Assembly (NCBI GenBank): GCA_965242965.1
Contig: OZ251518.1
Span: forward strand, 2,496,001-2,560,000
From: Candidatus Poribacteria bacterium
GTDB lineage: Bacteria > Poribacteria > WGA-4E > WGA-3G
Direction: 5' to 3'
Length of the DNA stretch: 64,000 nucleotides
The notes beneath the pieces were generated by a model. The model saw nothing but the letters and a program-made list of their open reading frames with translations, ran no database searches and was not told the DNA's origin. Positions 10,013 through 19,877 of this stretch are shown here, one piece after another; positions within the stretch are counted from its first letter, which is position 1, and the number at the start of each line of letters is the position of its first letter. The position numbers and the translations under genes were made by a program.

Positions 10013-10420
10013 ATGGGCAAAAGGGTTACGGTTAAGACTCCGAAAGAACTTGGAAAAGCCTTGAAGGACAAGGCTGACGAGATTCTCATTGAAGGCGATC
10101 TGAAGAAAAAAGTGTTTCGGATTCGGGTTACAGGCAAGGTTGCTTGGCTGGTAGCCATCGGTGCTATCGCGGCGGCTGTGGCAGCAATCATTGCTTCAGG
10201 TGGACTTGCCTTGGTACCAGGCGCGGCATTGGCTACACCTGTCATCTGGGGATCAGGAGCGGCACTGGCTGCCCCTGCTGTTGGCATTCTAGGTTTTCCT
10301 ACTACCGTTGCTGCTATATCTATTGCGATTGCGGCAGGCGGTGTGGGTGCACTGAATAAGTTACGGAAATATAAAGTGGTTGAACGCGGCGAGAATCGGC
10401 TTGTGTTAAGGCGCAAGTAA
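10013..10420 (+). CDS. Hypothetical protein with long Gly/Ala-rich hydrophobic hairpin
   Basis: GGGAGG RBS; about 70-aa hydrophobic core with basic termini. Confidence 0.75.
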   Translation: MGKRVTVKTPKELGKALKDKADEILIEGDLKKKVFRIRVTGKVAWLVAIGAIAAAVAAIIASGGLALVPGAALATPVIWGSGAALAAPAVGILGFPTTVAAISIAIAAGGVGALNKLRKYKVVERGENRLVLRRK

Positions 10421-10549
10421 GGAAGTTCAACTTCTTCGGTTTTCACCGAGTGCAAGGGACAGGCCCTCGCACTACGGTAAATCGGATGACGTAAGGGACA
10501 GATTTCGATATCCGCCCCTTACGCTATCTAACTTGATAAGGAGTTTCAC

Positions 10550-10912
10550 ATGCCAGACGAAATTCAAACGGATGAGGAGGGCACCGTCCGGATTGATTAT
10601 GGCGAAGTCTTAAAGGCTGTAGCAGGGGGAGTGGTTGGCAGCGGCTTAATGAGTCTGACACCCATTGGTATCCTTCTCCCGATGTTTACTGCGTTGAAGG
10701 CCTTGCAAAAGCCTCAGCAGCCTAACCCTTCCAACATTGATAACATCCGCGAGATTATCAAAGCGGGCAAGGAACAAGGCGTTAAGGAGATGGAAATCAA
10801 AGTGGATAAGTCAATTGCAGGCAAAATTGACTTAAGTCTTCTTGAAGACCTAGGGGTTGACTTGGAGATCGAGCGTCAGAACATCACACGTATCAAGGTT
10901 AAATATGCGTGA
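10550..10912 (+). CDS. Hypothetical protein
   Basis: AAGGAG RBS; one hydrophobic segment and a charged C-terminus. Confidence 0.7.
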   Translation: MPDEIQTDEEGTVRIDYGEVLKAVAGGVVGSGLMSLTPIGILLPMFTALKALQKPQQPNPSNIDNIREIIKAGKEQGVKEMEIKVDKSIAGKIDLSLLEDLGVDLEIERQNITRIKVKYA

Positions 10913-10969
10913 GTTCTGCGCTGTTTCCATGCCTTCAAGCTGCCTCTATAAAGGAACCGTCTGTTTCAA

Positions 10970-11605
10970 CGTAGGGCGAGAGCCTTTGCGTCGCCCTGCA
11001 TCGAGCCGCCCCTGGGATGTGCATCGAGACCGGGAGATCTCTCCTACGCCTACGCCTGTGCCTCGCGATAGATCAAGCCACCCACCCTCACCGTAGGGCG
11101 AGGGCCTGTCCCTCGCCGTTCGCCGGTCGTGACAGCAAACGTCCGTGGCTTCTGGGCTGCGGACGTTTCTCGTTTCGGCTGAGAGATCGCGGGGGACAGG
11201 CCCCCGCGCTACGTTCCAAGCGACGTTTTTCGTTTGAATCGAACGTTCGCGGGGGACAGGCCCCCGCACTACGGTAAGAAAGCAGACATTGCCGCCTGAC
11301 ACGTAGGGCGAGGGCCTGTCCCTCGCCGTGCGCAGGTCGTGATAGCAAACGTCCGTGGCTTCTGGGCTTCGGACGTTTCTTGTTTCGGCGGAGAGATCGC
11401 GGGGGACAGGCCCCCGCGCTACGGGCAATAGGACATTCGCGTTGACAAGAACCCCTCATCTTGCTAATCCTATAAACCCTGTAAATCCTGCTTCAGACTA
11501 TTAACATCGCGGGGGACAGGCCCCCGCGCTACGGTGATAAAGCAGCATTCCCTCGCCAAGAGCTCCTAATCCTACTAATCTCGTAAATCTTGTAAATCCT
11601 GCTTC
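10970..11605. repeat. REP/REPIN-like array
   Basis: Inverted pairs gtagggcgagggcctgtccctcgcc / cgcgggggacaggcccccgcgctac; two ~120-bp near-identical units starting at about 11091 and 11302; aatcctgta-type 9-mers. Confidence 0.9.
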
Positions 11606-13192
11606 TTATTTCTTACGGGAGGTTTTTGATAAAATTTCTGAACGGATTTTTAGGATATCTCGGTTTTCAGGGGCTTGCGCAGCCGCAGCTTCAATCTCAC
11701 GCCGGGCATCGGCGATGCGGTTGAGACGATAATAGACAAGCGCGAGTGTCGCCCGATGTGCCGGCCGTCCATCCAACGCGACGGCCGCTTTCGCAAGTTT
11801 GAGTGCCTCATCAAGGTTTCTGCCTTCTTCTGCGAAGAGCAAAGCGAGGGCATCCTTTGGAAAAGGCGCGTCCGGAGCGAGGTGGATGGCTCGGCGAAAG
11901 TCGCTTTCTGCACCGACGGTATCACCGCGCTTCCGACGCAGTTGCCCGCGCCGCCAATACCCCGGTGCCCATGTCGGTTCCTGTTGGATGCCTAGCGTCA
12001 AGGCATCTTCAGCCTCTTCTAAGTCACCTGATGCCTCGCGGAGCTGCGCGAGTTGAACGTAGGTATCCATGAAATGCGGCTCTTCACGAATCAGCGCGAG
12101 GAAGTGCGATGCCGCAGTATCGCGGTTTCCCGATTTAGCGGCTATCATGCCGAGGTGCAGCAGTGCCTGTCGCGATGCAGATTCTGCTGCGAGAACGCGA
12201 TGATACGTCTGCTTGGCTTCCTCTAACTTTCCGAGTTGCATCTGGACGTAGGCGTAATCTTTCATCGCAGGCATAAAAGTGGCATCTGCCTCTACTGCCT
12301 GCTGCAGCGGTGCTAATGCGCGCTGCGCCTGCCGTTTCTCAAGCAATCGATGCGCTTGGTGGAGATAGCCTTCGGCAAGCGTGCGCCGGTATCGCGCCTG
12401 CGCAGTTTCAGCACCCGACGTGTCACCGAGTTGAGAGAGGACACCCGCAAGTGCCTTGTGAAACCCAGGAACGTGTGGCGTGTGCTGGATAGCGCGTTGG
12501 TAAAAATCGCGCGCCACAGCGAATTGTCCGCGCTTTGCCGCGACTGAGCCGCGTCCGAAAGCCGCGCTTGCAAGCGTGCTATCTTGCGTCAGTGCCTCCC
12601 GAAAAACGGCATCCGCCTCGTCAAGCCGGTTCAACGTGAGGAGAACGTGTCCAAGGTTGTTATAGGCGGCGGTTGCGTCCGGATACAACTGCACCGTGAC
12701 GAGATAGTATCGGCGCGCCTTCTCCAGTTGACCGCGCTCGGTTTCAATCTGTCCCAAGGCGATATACCATGCCGGCGGCGCGTTTTCACCCGCGCTTGTG
12801 ATTGCTTTTTGGAACCACTCGTCAGCCTTCTCTAATGCTTTGTAACGATGATAAGCCGCGGCCAGTTTCGCCTGCAAATTCGGTTTGAGCGTTAAGCGTT
12901 CCGCTTGCGGCCTTTCAGTGAGCAGCTGCAAGGCGCGTTGAAAGGCGGCAATTGCACGCGGATAATCCTGCAATTTCACGGCGGCATCGCCTGCACCGAG
13001 GTGCGCTGGGATAAACATCGGCGCGCTTTTGGTGAGAGAGTCATATATTTGGAGAGCGTCCTCCCATTTCTCCGCTTGGAATGCACGATGCGCATCGGCG
13101 AGTAGCTGCTGTGGGGAATCCGCCGCGGCGGTGCAGAGTCCCAAGGCCAAAATCAGGAAACAGGTGCGCGCGAGAGGTAACAGGTTAGTCAT
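11606..13192 (-). CDS. Secreted TPR-repeat protein
   Basis: Signal peptide and many TPRs (AYNNLG, A..LG, EA...F..AL). Confidence 0.88.
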   Translation of the reverse strand: MTNLLPLARTCFLILALGLCTAAADSPQQLLADAHRAFQAEKWEDALQIYDSLTKSAPMFIPAHLGAGDAAVKLQDYPRAIAAFQRALQLLTERPQAERLTLKPNLQAKLAAAYHRYKALEKADEWFQKAITSAGENAPPAWYIALGQIETERGQLEKARRYYLVTVQLYPDATAAYNNLGHVLLTLNRLDEADAVFREALTQDSTLASAAFGRGSVAAKRGQFAVARDFYQRAIQHTPHVPGFHKALAGVLSQLGDTSGAETAQARYRRTLAEGYLHQAHRLLEKRQAQRALAPLQQAVEADATFMPAMKDYAYVQMQLGKLEEAKQTYHRVLAAESASRQALLHLGMIAAKSGNRDTAASHFLALIREEPHFMDTYVQLAQLREASGDLEEAEDALTLGIQQEPTWAPGYWRRGQLRRKRGDTVGAESDFRRAIHLAPDAPFPKDALALLFAEEGRNLDEALKLAKAAVALDGRPAHRATLALVYYRLNRIADARREIEAAAAQAPENRDILKIRSEILSKTSRKK

Positions 13193-13916
13193 CGTTGTCG
13201 TCGTCCGTGGGCGGTTTCAATTTCGCCCGTGCCAATTCGGCATCTAAAATGAGCCAATTGCCTTCATTTTTCCGTTCAGTGAGCCATGCGTCAAAATCGG
13301 CTTTTGCCTTCTGTTGGCGGCACCGTTCTAGGAGCTCCTCTTCTACTTCTGCATATTCGCTTGGGTTTCCATCGGCATCCTTAAACTCATCCTGATGCTG
13401 TTTAAAATAGTCAAGAGCCATTTTCTCAATCTCGGCAGTGTTGACAGTGCGGACAAATTTACGGCGGAAGAGGGCATCGACAACAAGGCGTGCATACACC
13501 CACGCCTTCACAGAGACGATTTCCAATCCGTTCTCTTGCAAGACTCGGTGGAATTCTGCCTCGGATGGAAATGTTGTCGCGATAGCCTGCAGCTGTGCTG
13601 CAACCTGCGCTCTGTAATTGCTATCCGAAATGGGGCGCGCGATATCGTTTGCATCAGACGTGACGACACCGATGCGTGCCGCTTCCAAAAGCGCGAATTT
13701 CCGCGCGATAAGCGTATCCAAGACAGCGCGTCTGTCAAAAACAGTCGGCTCAGGCGGATAGGATATCCCGGTAACCGCGGCGATGCGGAATTCGTCTTCT
13801 AGTTCGATTTGCGTGATGGCGTGCCCTTCTACCACTGCAATTACCGACTCGATGCGCGTTTGCGCGTGCACCGTTCCGAGCAACAACAGGAAAAAAAGAG
13901 GGAGGTAATGTTTCAT
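13185..13916 (-). CDS. SurA N-terminal-like periplasmic chaperone
   Basis: Signal peptide; IESVIAVVEGHAIT..EL, LDTLI...L..EA.R.G. Start at MKHYLPL. Confidence 0.65.
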   Translation of the reverse strand: MKHYLPLFFLLLLGTVHAQTRIESVIAVVEGHAITQIELEDEFRIAAVTGISYPPEPTVFDRRAVLDTLIARKFALLEAARIGVVTSDANDIARPISDSNYRAQVAAQLQAIATTFPSEAEFHRVLQENGLEIVSVKAWVYARLVVDALFRRKFVRTVNTAEIEKMALDYFKQHQDEFKDADGNPSEYAEVEEELLERCRQQKAKADFDAWLTERKNEGNWLILDAELARAKLKPPTDDDNDD

Positions 13917-13920
13917 GTTT

Positions 13921-15090
13921 TTAGCGCGGATTCCTCGGTGTGAGCCAGGCTTCATCAATTTTCAATCCGAGCCCGGGGCCGTCGTTCGGCGCGATATAAC
14001 TCTCTTCTGGAAGAGATTCTCCCTCAAACCGCTTGGTTTCCTCCAGTGGAACGCCGGGTGGGGTGCCGAGGTAGTATTCAACCCACGGCGTATTCGGCAT
14101 GGCGGCAGAGAGATGCAGTCCGGATTGCCGTAAGCCACCGCCGTGAAAAATGACGGTAATCCCCGCCGCATCGGCTATATGACAGATTTTGACGCACTCG
14201 GTTATGCCGCCTACCCAAAATGTGTCGGGTTGGAGGATATCCAAGCACCGCTTCTCAATAATCTGCAGAAAGGGGAAGCGGGTGTAGTGATGCTCGCCGC
14301 TTGCCAACGATACCCAATCGACTGCTTCTCTGACCTTGACGAGGCCGTCAATATCCTCTGGCATGAGGAATTCCTCAATCCATTTGAGGCGATAGGGACG
14401 GAGGCGTTGTGCCAAGCGGATGGTGTAATCCACATCAAACGCCATGTAGCAATCCAACATGATTTCAACGTCGTCGCCTACTGTCTCCCGCGTCTTCGCG
14501 ACGAGTTTCTCGTTCTCTTTCAGGCCCCACGCGCCATCTGCGGGGCCGTAAGGGCACGCCAATTTCACCGCTTTGAACCCGAGCTCCAATTGCCAGTCCG
14601 TATCGTTGCCGGTGGCGTAGGCGAAGAGTTTCTCGCGCACCGGGCCGCCGAGGAGTTCGTAAACCGGCTGGTTCTTAATCTTGCCGTTCAGATCCCACAG
14701 CGCGATATCAATGCCGCTCATCGCGCAACTGGTGAGGCCCTGAGAACCGTAGGGTTTTGACATGCGGAACATCATGTCCCAAATCTTTTCGACAGCAAAG
14801 CAGTTTTCGCCTATCAGCATCGGCGCGAAATGTTCGTCAATAATCGCCGCAACCGGGGTGCCGAAGGAAGTTTCGCCGATGCCCCAGGTCCCGTCTTCCG
14901 CCGTGACTTTCACGTAGACAGTGTCCCACTTCGGCATCCAGCTGGAACGGTGCCGTTTGTATTTAGGGTAGCGCGACATCGGGTTCGCCACTTCGGCGTG
15001 CACGTTCCACGGCTCGCGCCGAGGTGGAGTGCGCTGGCCCTCGCGCGAGGGAACGTTAATTCGGACTGTTTGGATGTCTCTGATTTTCAT
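13921..15090 (-). CDS. Mandelate racemase/enolase family, L-rhamnonate dehydratase-like
   Basis: VANPMSRYP, AMSGIDIALWDL, YATGND, KLACPYGP, MLDCYM, WIEE, GEHHYT, LQPD. Start at MKIRDI with GGAG RBS. Confidence 0.85.
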   Translation of the reverse strand: MKIRDIQTVRINVPSREGQRTPPRREPWNVHAEVANPMSRYPKYKRHRSSWMPKWDTVYVKVTAEDGTWGIGETSFGTPVAAIIDEHFAPMLIGENCFAVEKIWDMMFRMSKPYGSQGLTSCAMSGIDIALWDLNGKIKNQPVYELLGGPVREKLFAYATGNDTDWQLELGFKAVKLACPYGPADGAWGLKENEKLVAKTRETVGDDVEIMLDCYMAFDVDYTIRLAQRLRPYRLKWIEEFLMPEDIDGLVKVREAVDWVSLASGEHHYTRFPFLQIIEKRCLDILQPDTFWVGGITECVKICHIADAAGITVIFHGGGLRQSGLHLSAAMPNTPWVEYYLGTPPGVPLEETKRFEGESLPEESYIAPNDGPGLGLKIDEAWLTPRNPR

Positions 15091-15151
15091 CTTCGTCTCC
15101 TTTTTTTTAGGACGCGGAACCGCTTGTGACGGCATTATCTTTTTTCGCAGA

Positions 15152-17692
15152 CTATTCCCTGAATTTCAGAGAATGTCCCTGCACATCCGCCACGATTTCC
15201 TTCCGATAAAACCCATAAGGAAATTGTGAATCATTGAGCAGAATACTGAGGGTATCCCTGACAGTTGAACGGAAGAACATCGTCTGTCCTCTGATTTTCA
15301 GCAGCATCGCGATGGATTCACCTGCCGAAAGCGTTAACTCTGAGGGGAGATGCGGGGTATAGGAAAATTGGGACTTTTCAAATCGCACCCCGAAAACCCT
15401 CAATTCCCTTTCGCCCACGTTGGTAATTACCAAATGTCTCCCATCAAGTTGAATATCGGCGCGGCTCTCAACGATATCGGTTGCGAATGGCAGAGGTAGC
15501 GTTATTTCCGAACGCCGGGCTTTCAGATGTAAGACACCCCGACTCTCTTCGGCGGAAAGTGGGACTTGTGGGTTCAGAATAAACTGACAGCCTTCCGTTT
15601 TTTCCTCAACTGTCAATAGTTGATGTTGTGTTAACTTTTCAGGAATTTCGGCGGTGCATGCAACGGGCTCGCCATCGCTGCGGCGCACGCTTATCTCAGC
15701 ATGTTGCGGTTTATCAAACAAGTAGACCCGGGGAAAATAGAGAACAGGCGGCTCTGGCTTGAGATGAACTATCTCGTATTTCGCGACGAAAGGTAGCACA
15801 CGGCGGTTTGCGAGATAGCAATTCGTTATCAGCGACGCATCGCATTTGCTGCGATAGGCGTTTGAAGGCTTATCGCTCAAAAGTTGCACAAGAGGTTCGG
15901 TTCGAATGCGCTCAAAGGGTGCTGTATTCTGAACGCGGAAATGGCCTTCCGCAAACCGAAGTACGGTGCTCGGCTGAATTGTTCCCTTCAGTTCCCCTTG
16001 CCCAGAAATCTCAAGCAAAAGCGGAACGGCTTCGGTTTTGCCTTGCTGAATTTGCGGAAATTCTAACGCTGTCTTCCGGAGAAGCGGGACTGCCCCCTGT
16101 GTCAGCCCCATCACGAAAATTGGGGCACGAAACGTCCTCGCCGCTTCTTCCGCTGTGCTTATCTCAAGCCACCCTAAATTCAGCCCTGGCTGGAGCTCCC
16201 CAGGCGAAAACACTATCGTCACATCCGTTTTGCCCGAACTTGGAAGCGTCACAGCCGCTGGCTCAACTCGCATCCACTCAACCAAAGAGCGGCAATGAAG
16301 TTCAAGGGGCCGTTTTGATTTATTGCGGAGGGTAACTCGCTGTTTAGGCATCGCTACTTGGATTTTGGAGGCGACACCGTGTGAACAACAGACTATCTCC
16401 TGTAACCGGCCCGGGTCAAGGCGCGTTTCACCGTCAATTTCAGCACGGAAACGATAGACACCGTGAGGAACGCTCAGCGTGATACTGAACCCCTCATCGC
16501 CTTTTTCAAGCAAAAGCGTCTGGGGTGTCCACCGATTAAAATCACCGATGAGATAACCGGCGCGGGCCGCCGCGGCTGGAAATCGGAAACCTTTGTCCTC
16601 AAAAATCAGCACGGTTGGAGGCGTTTCCTGTGCCGGGATCACTTCAACCGGCAGCGGTTTCCCTTTTGCGGGGAAGTCGTAGACAATTGGCGTATCTGGC
16701 TTGGCGGGCTCAACCGTCAGTTCGGTTTCCCCGACGATTTGATACCATCCCCAACCCGGCATTTTCTTATCTGCTACCTCAATTTCCGCAAAATTACGTC
16801 CCGGTTTGAGTTTATCGACGTTCACGGAAACAAGGAGACTGGCAGTGGCATACGGTTCAACACCGATTGTTCGTTGAACCGAGAGCCATTCAGCATCTGA
16901 GCGAACGCGTCCCGAAAACGGGTGTGACGTGATGTTCGCAATTTGGACTACCTGTTGGAATTCTAATTTCGATGCCTCTTTCGATGCCTTGGGGCTCGTT
17001 TTTGGCATCACGGCACCCGGCCGCCGCGAATTCAACTCATAGTGGCGTGCGCCTTGCGGTGTTTCAAGAACAGCGTCATATTTCGATGTCTCTTGTTGTG
17101 TCACTGTAAGCCGTGTTGGCGACACGCGTCCGAAGTCCCCGAGCAGGAAAAAATCAACTGGTTTTGCTTGCGTAGAAACCAACGATACCTTCCATGCCGA
17201 GATCTCGCCAAAGTTGATGAACTCTGGCACTGCCACTTTTGCACCCGAGTCTTCAGGGAGGCGAACTCCTAACAACACTTTGCTGAATGCTTTACTTTTC
17301 GCGTCGGAGACAAGGTTCAACTCGGCGATGCTCACGGCTGCGGGGTTCGGCAACTCCTTTGGGAATAGCCTCAGTTCAATTTCTAGCGGCTCCGAAGCCA
17401 CCTTTAACTTCGTGGGCCTCGATTTTTGCGTTCTTTTCACCCAGCTGCTGCAAGCACGAGGAATGCGCACGCGCTCCACCCGCAGCGTTCCGCCACCGAC
17501 ATTCCATGCACGAACCTTTACGGTAGGCGTTGGATGCTCAAACCTATCCGCGTAGATATCCGGTTCAGTGTAAAGATACGGTTCATCGATTGGCGTAACC
17601 GTGAACGGAAGTGCCGATGCATCTGAGGCTGGCGGCAGGTATAACTGACGATGGATTGCTTTGAGGTGGTGAATCATTAAAAATGCCTCCAC
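15152..17692 (-). CDS. Large multi-Ig (BACON/ASH-like) protein with CBM48-like glycogen-binding module
   Basis: NVGGGTLRV, SDAEWLSV, LKPGRN, ITNVGERELRV Ig-type motifs; YLIGDFNRW...FSITLSVPHGVYRFRAEIDG (CBM48-like). Confidence 0.6.
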   Translation of the reverse strand: MEAFLMIHHLKAIHRQLYLPPASDASALPFTVTPIDEPYLYTEPDIYADRFEHPTPTVKVRAWNVGGGTLRVERVRIPRACSSWVKRTQKSRPTKLKVASEPLEIELRLFPKELPNPAAVSIAELNLVSDAKSKAFSKVLLGVRLPEDSGAKVAVPEFINFGEISAWKVSLVSTQAKPVDFFLLGDFGRVSPTRLTVTQQETSKYDAVLETPQGARHYELNSRRPGAVMPKTSPKASKEASKLEFQQVVQIANITSHPFSGRVRSDAEWLSVQRTIGVEPYATASLLVSVNVDKLKPGRNFAEIEVADKKMPGWGWYQIVGETELTVEPAKPDTPIVYDFPAKGKPLPVEVIPAQETPPTVLIFEDKGFRFPAAAARAGYLIGDFNRWTPQTLLLEKGDEGFSITLSVPHGVYRFRAEIDGETRLDPGRLQEIVCCSHGVASKIQVAMPKQRVTLRNKSKRPLELHCRSLVEWMRVEPAAVTLPSSGKTDVTIVFSPGELQPGLNLGWLEISTAEEAARTFRAPIFVMGLTQGAVPLLRKTALEFPQIQQGKTEAVPLLLEISGQGELKGTIQPSTVLRFAEGHFRVQNTAPFERIRTEPLVQLLSDKPSNAYRSKCDASLITNCYLANRRVLPFVAKYEIVHLKPEPPVLYFPRVYLFDKPQHAEISVRRSDGEPVACTAEIPEKLTQHQLLTVEEKTEGCQFILNPQVPLSAEESRGVLHLKARRSEITLPLPFATDIVESRADIQLDGRHLVITNVGERELRVFGVRFEKSQFSYTPHLPSELTLSAGESIAMLLKIRGQTMFFRSTVRDTLSILLNDSQFPYGFYRKEIVADVQGHSLKFRE

Positions 17693-17693
17693 G

Positions 17694-18728
17694 TTACTCG
17701 TCTAGTGGGTTCCTTGAAGTTGAATCTCTCGGCGGCAACAGCCCATCATCGGCATCCTCGTCCGGCCAGTTATCATCTCCATCCCCATTTGGGTTTGACA
17801 ACAGATAACGGTAAAGTAAATAGGCAATCGGTACCGCGATACCAACTAGAATGAAGATGATAGCAATGACATGGCCCGCGACGTTGTCTGTATCTGATGC
17901 TGTTGGCTGCACCGGCTTTGACTTTTCAGGGCTTGGTTCTACTGGCGGCGTTGTCGGTTTCGGTGCTGGAGTGGGCTGCACCGGTTCTGGGCGTTTTACC
18001 TTCTGTGGTTCCAGAGCCGGTCCGGTTTTAAAAGGCGTTAACGGCACAATGGTATCAACCTTGCGTGCATAAGCCGCCGGGACTGTGCCGACAGTCCATC
18101 CGGTGCCGGTTGTTTCGCAGTAGTAATAGTTCGTGCCATTATAGGCAAAAGCGGTGCCTTTGAAATCTCCGCTGACACCGAGGGCGATGTGTCCGGGCGT
18201 GAAGAGCAGCGCAGTGGATTCGCCTAAGCCGCTGAGAATAGCCGCCGCGAGGATAGTCGTATCTTCGCAGTCGCCTCCCCCTTCAATGAGCGTTTCAATA
18301 GCGTATCGCCGGAATTCGTCATATCCCGTAGTCACGTCATCAAGCGTATACGGCAGGGATTGCACGAAACTCAAGACAAAATCCACCCGTTCTTGCCGGG
18401 ACCAGGGACGATTTTTTCGGAAGGTTTTTTGAAACTCGCGCGTCAGATTGCCAATGACTCCTGTGCCTTCTGCCACCAATTTGGGGATGTCATAGCGTTC
18501 TTTACCGGCGTAAGAATTATACCGTTCCACGTCAATTATCATCAGCACGGTATAAGACTTCCCTTGGAAATTCCATACGTACCGCTTTCCAATGGTGCTA
18601 CGGTTATTTGGCGGACGTTGTTGGTTGATGCCTTCCACAATCAGGACTTCCCGGAGTGCATCCTCCCCAAAACTGTTCCCGCTGATAAAGCATCCGCTCA
18701 GTAGAAGCAGTGCAAGAAAAAGCCTCAT
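17694..18728 (-). CDS. Membrane-anchored transglutaminase-like (papain-fold) protein
   Basis: Signal peptide; FVQSLPY, GDCEDT, PGHIALG, YYCETT; Pro-rich linker; C-terminal TM. Confidence 0.75.
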   Translation of the reverse strand: MRLFLALLLLSGCFISGNSFGEDALREVLIVEGINQQRPPNNRSTIGKRYVWNFQGKSYTVLMIIDVERYNSYAGKERYDIPKLVAEGTGVIGNLTREFQKTFRKNRPWSRQERVDFVLSFVQSLPYTLDDVTTGYDEFRRYAIETLIEGGGDCEDTTILAAAILSGLGESTALLFTPGHIALGVSGDFKGTAFAYNGTNYYYCETTGTGWTVGTVPAAYARKVDTIVPLTPFKTGPALEPQKVKRPEPVQPTPAPKPTTPPVEPSPEKSKPVQPTASDTDNVAGHVIAIIFILVGIAVPIAYLLYRYLLSNPNGDGDDNWPDEDADDGLLPPRDSTSRNPLDE

Positions 18729-18729
18729 A

Positions 18730-19860
18730 TTACTCTCCTCGTATCACTACGGGTTTTTGCACGATGGTGCCGTCTGCTATCTGTTGCAGGCCGGGTAAAA
18801 CCACTTCAACAATGGTGCCAGGTTCATCCCCTGTCTGCCGTGAATTTTGAATTTCATGCACACGCGAATCGGCTTTGGTGTGCCCCACCTCAATCGGAAC
18901 GAGTTCGTAGCCGACAGAACGCAGAAATTTATCCAAACGTTCAGACAGCTGCTCAAACGGGATGCATCTTGCCAGACAGTTGAAAAGCCTGTCTGCGATG
19001 AACTGAGGCAGAAAAGCGTTGTATTCCGCTATGTCTACCTCGCGGCCGAGTTCATAACCGATGAGCATCCCTTCAAACCGCGCCTCATAAAGAGCACAAT
19101 CACGCCGGACATTCTCAAGTTCGGCATCCGTGATGCGCTCAATCTCCACCGAAAGTGGCGGTGGCGAAGGTGGTGATTCCCCACGGATTGTTTTCAATTT
19201 CGCGATGATATCCTCTTCCCGGTATGTCAGAACGTCAACAAGTTTGAGGCGCGCCTCACCGGAACGCATAATCGCCGTTTTCCATTTCCCGATGTCGCTT
19301 GCCAGCAGATTTAAAAACACTAGCACAGTCTGACTCGGTGTCGGCGTTTCAAGCTCACCTAATTCAATCGGCTGTCCCTCGCGATAGGCAAGTGCCAATG
19401 CCGACACACTCTCCCGCGTTTTCTGGACGATTGCCTCTGCTTCTGCTTTTAATCCCTCGGTTTCATCGATGTCTGCTTTTTGAGAATCCAAGGGGGTATC
19501 TGGTTCGGGACTTGGCTGTTCGTTTACAAGTTGCGGCTGTTCAATACCCTCAGGTGCTTTGGCATCATCCAATAGTTTCTTTAAATCTGCTATGGGAGCC
19601 CAGAAACGTCTTGTTTTTGATTGGAATCCGAAACCGAATTTTTCCCACTTATCGAATCCCTCGGGCAATGGTACCGTCTTTGAATTGGAAGGAGATAACA
19701 AGAAATCCCCACGAAGCTTCTTGTCGCGCCCTTGGTGTTCTTGTGAGTAAATCTCAATTTTTTCTTCGCTTTGACCGCGGTTGCTGAAAACCAGAATCGC
19801 CTGCTCATGTTCCCAGCCGGCTGAGATAGAAATATGCTCAATTAGTGTCACTTGCCGCAT
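18730..19860 (-). CDS. GrpE-like nucleotide exchange factor paralog (soluble)
   Basis: C-terminal D.RVHE...GTIVEVVLPG...G.IVQKPVV resembles the GrpE head. Confidence 0.7.
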   Translation of the reverse strand: MRQVTLIEHISISAGWEHEQAILVFSNRGQSEEKIEIYSQEHQGRDKKLRGDFLLSPSNSKTVPLPEGFDKWEKFGFGFQSKTRRFWAPIADLKKLLDDAKAPEGIEQPQLVNEQPSPEPDTPLDSQKADIDETEGLKAEAEAIVQKTRESVSALALAYREGQPIELGELETPTPSQTVLVFLNLLASDIGKWKTAIMRSGEARLKLVDVLTYREEDIIAKLKTIRGESPPSPPPLSVEIERITDAELENVRRDCALYEARFEGMLIGYELGREVDIAEYNAFLPQFIADRLFNCLARCIPFEQLSERLDKFLRSVGYELVPIEVGHTKADSRVHEIQNSRQTGDEPGTIVEVVLPGLQQIADGTIVQKPVVIRGE

Positions 19861-19877
19861 TTTCCAACCTTATCCCC

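Noticed and set aside
10946-11459. ORFs containing VARGPVPR / RSAGACPP (also 35357-35821, 37639-38899, 60066-61268)
   Set aside because: They are translations of intergenic palindromic repeats with no RBS or domain.
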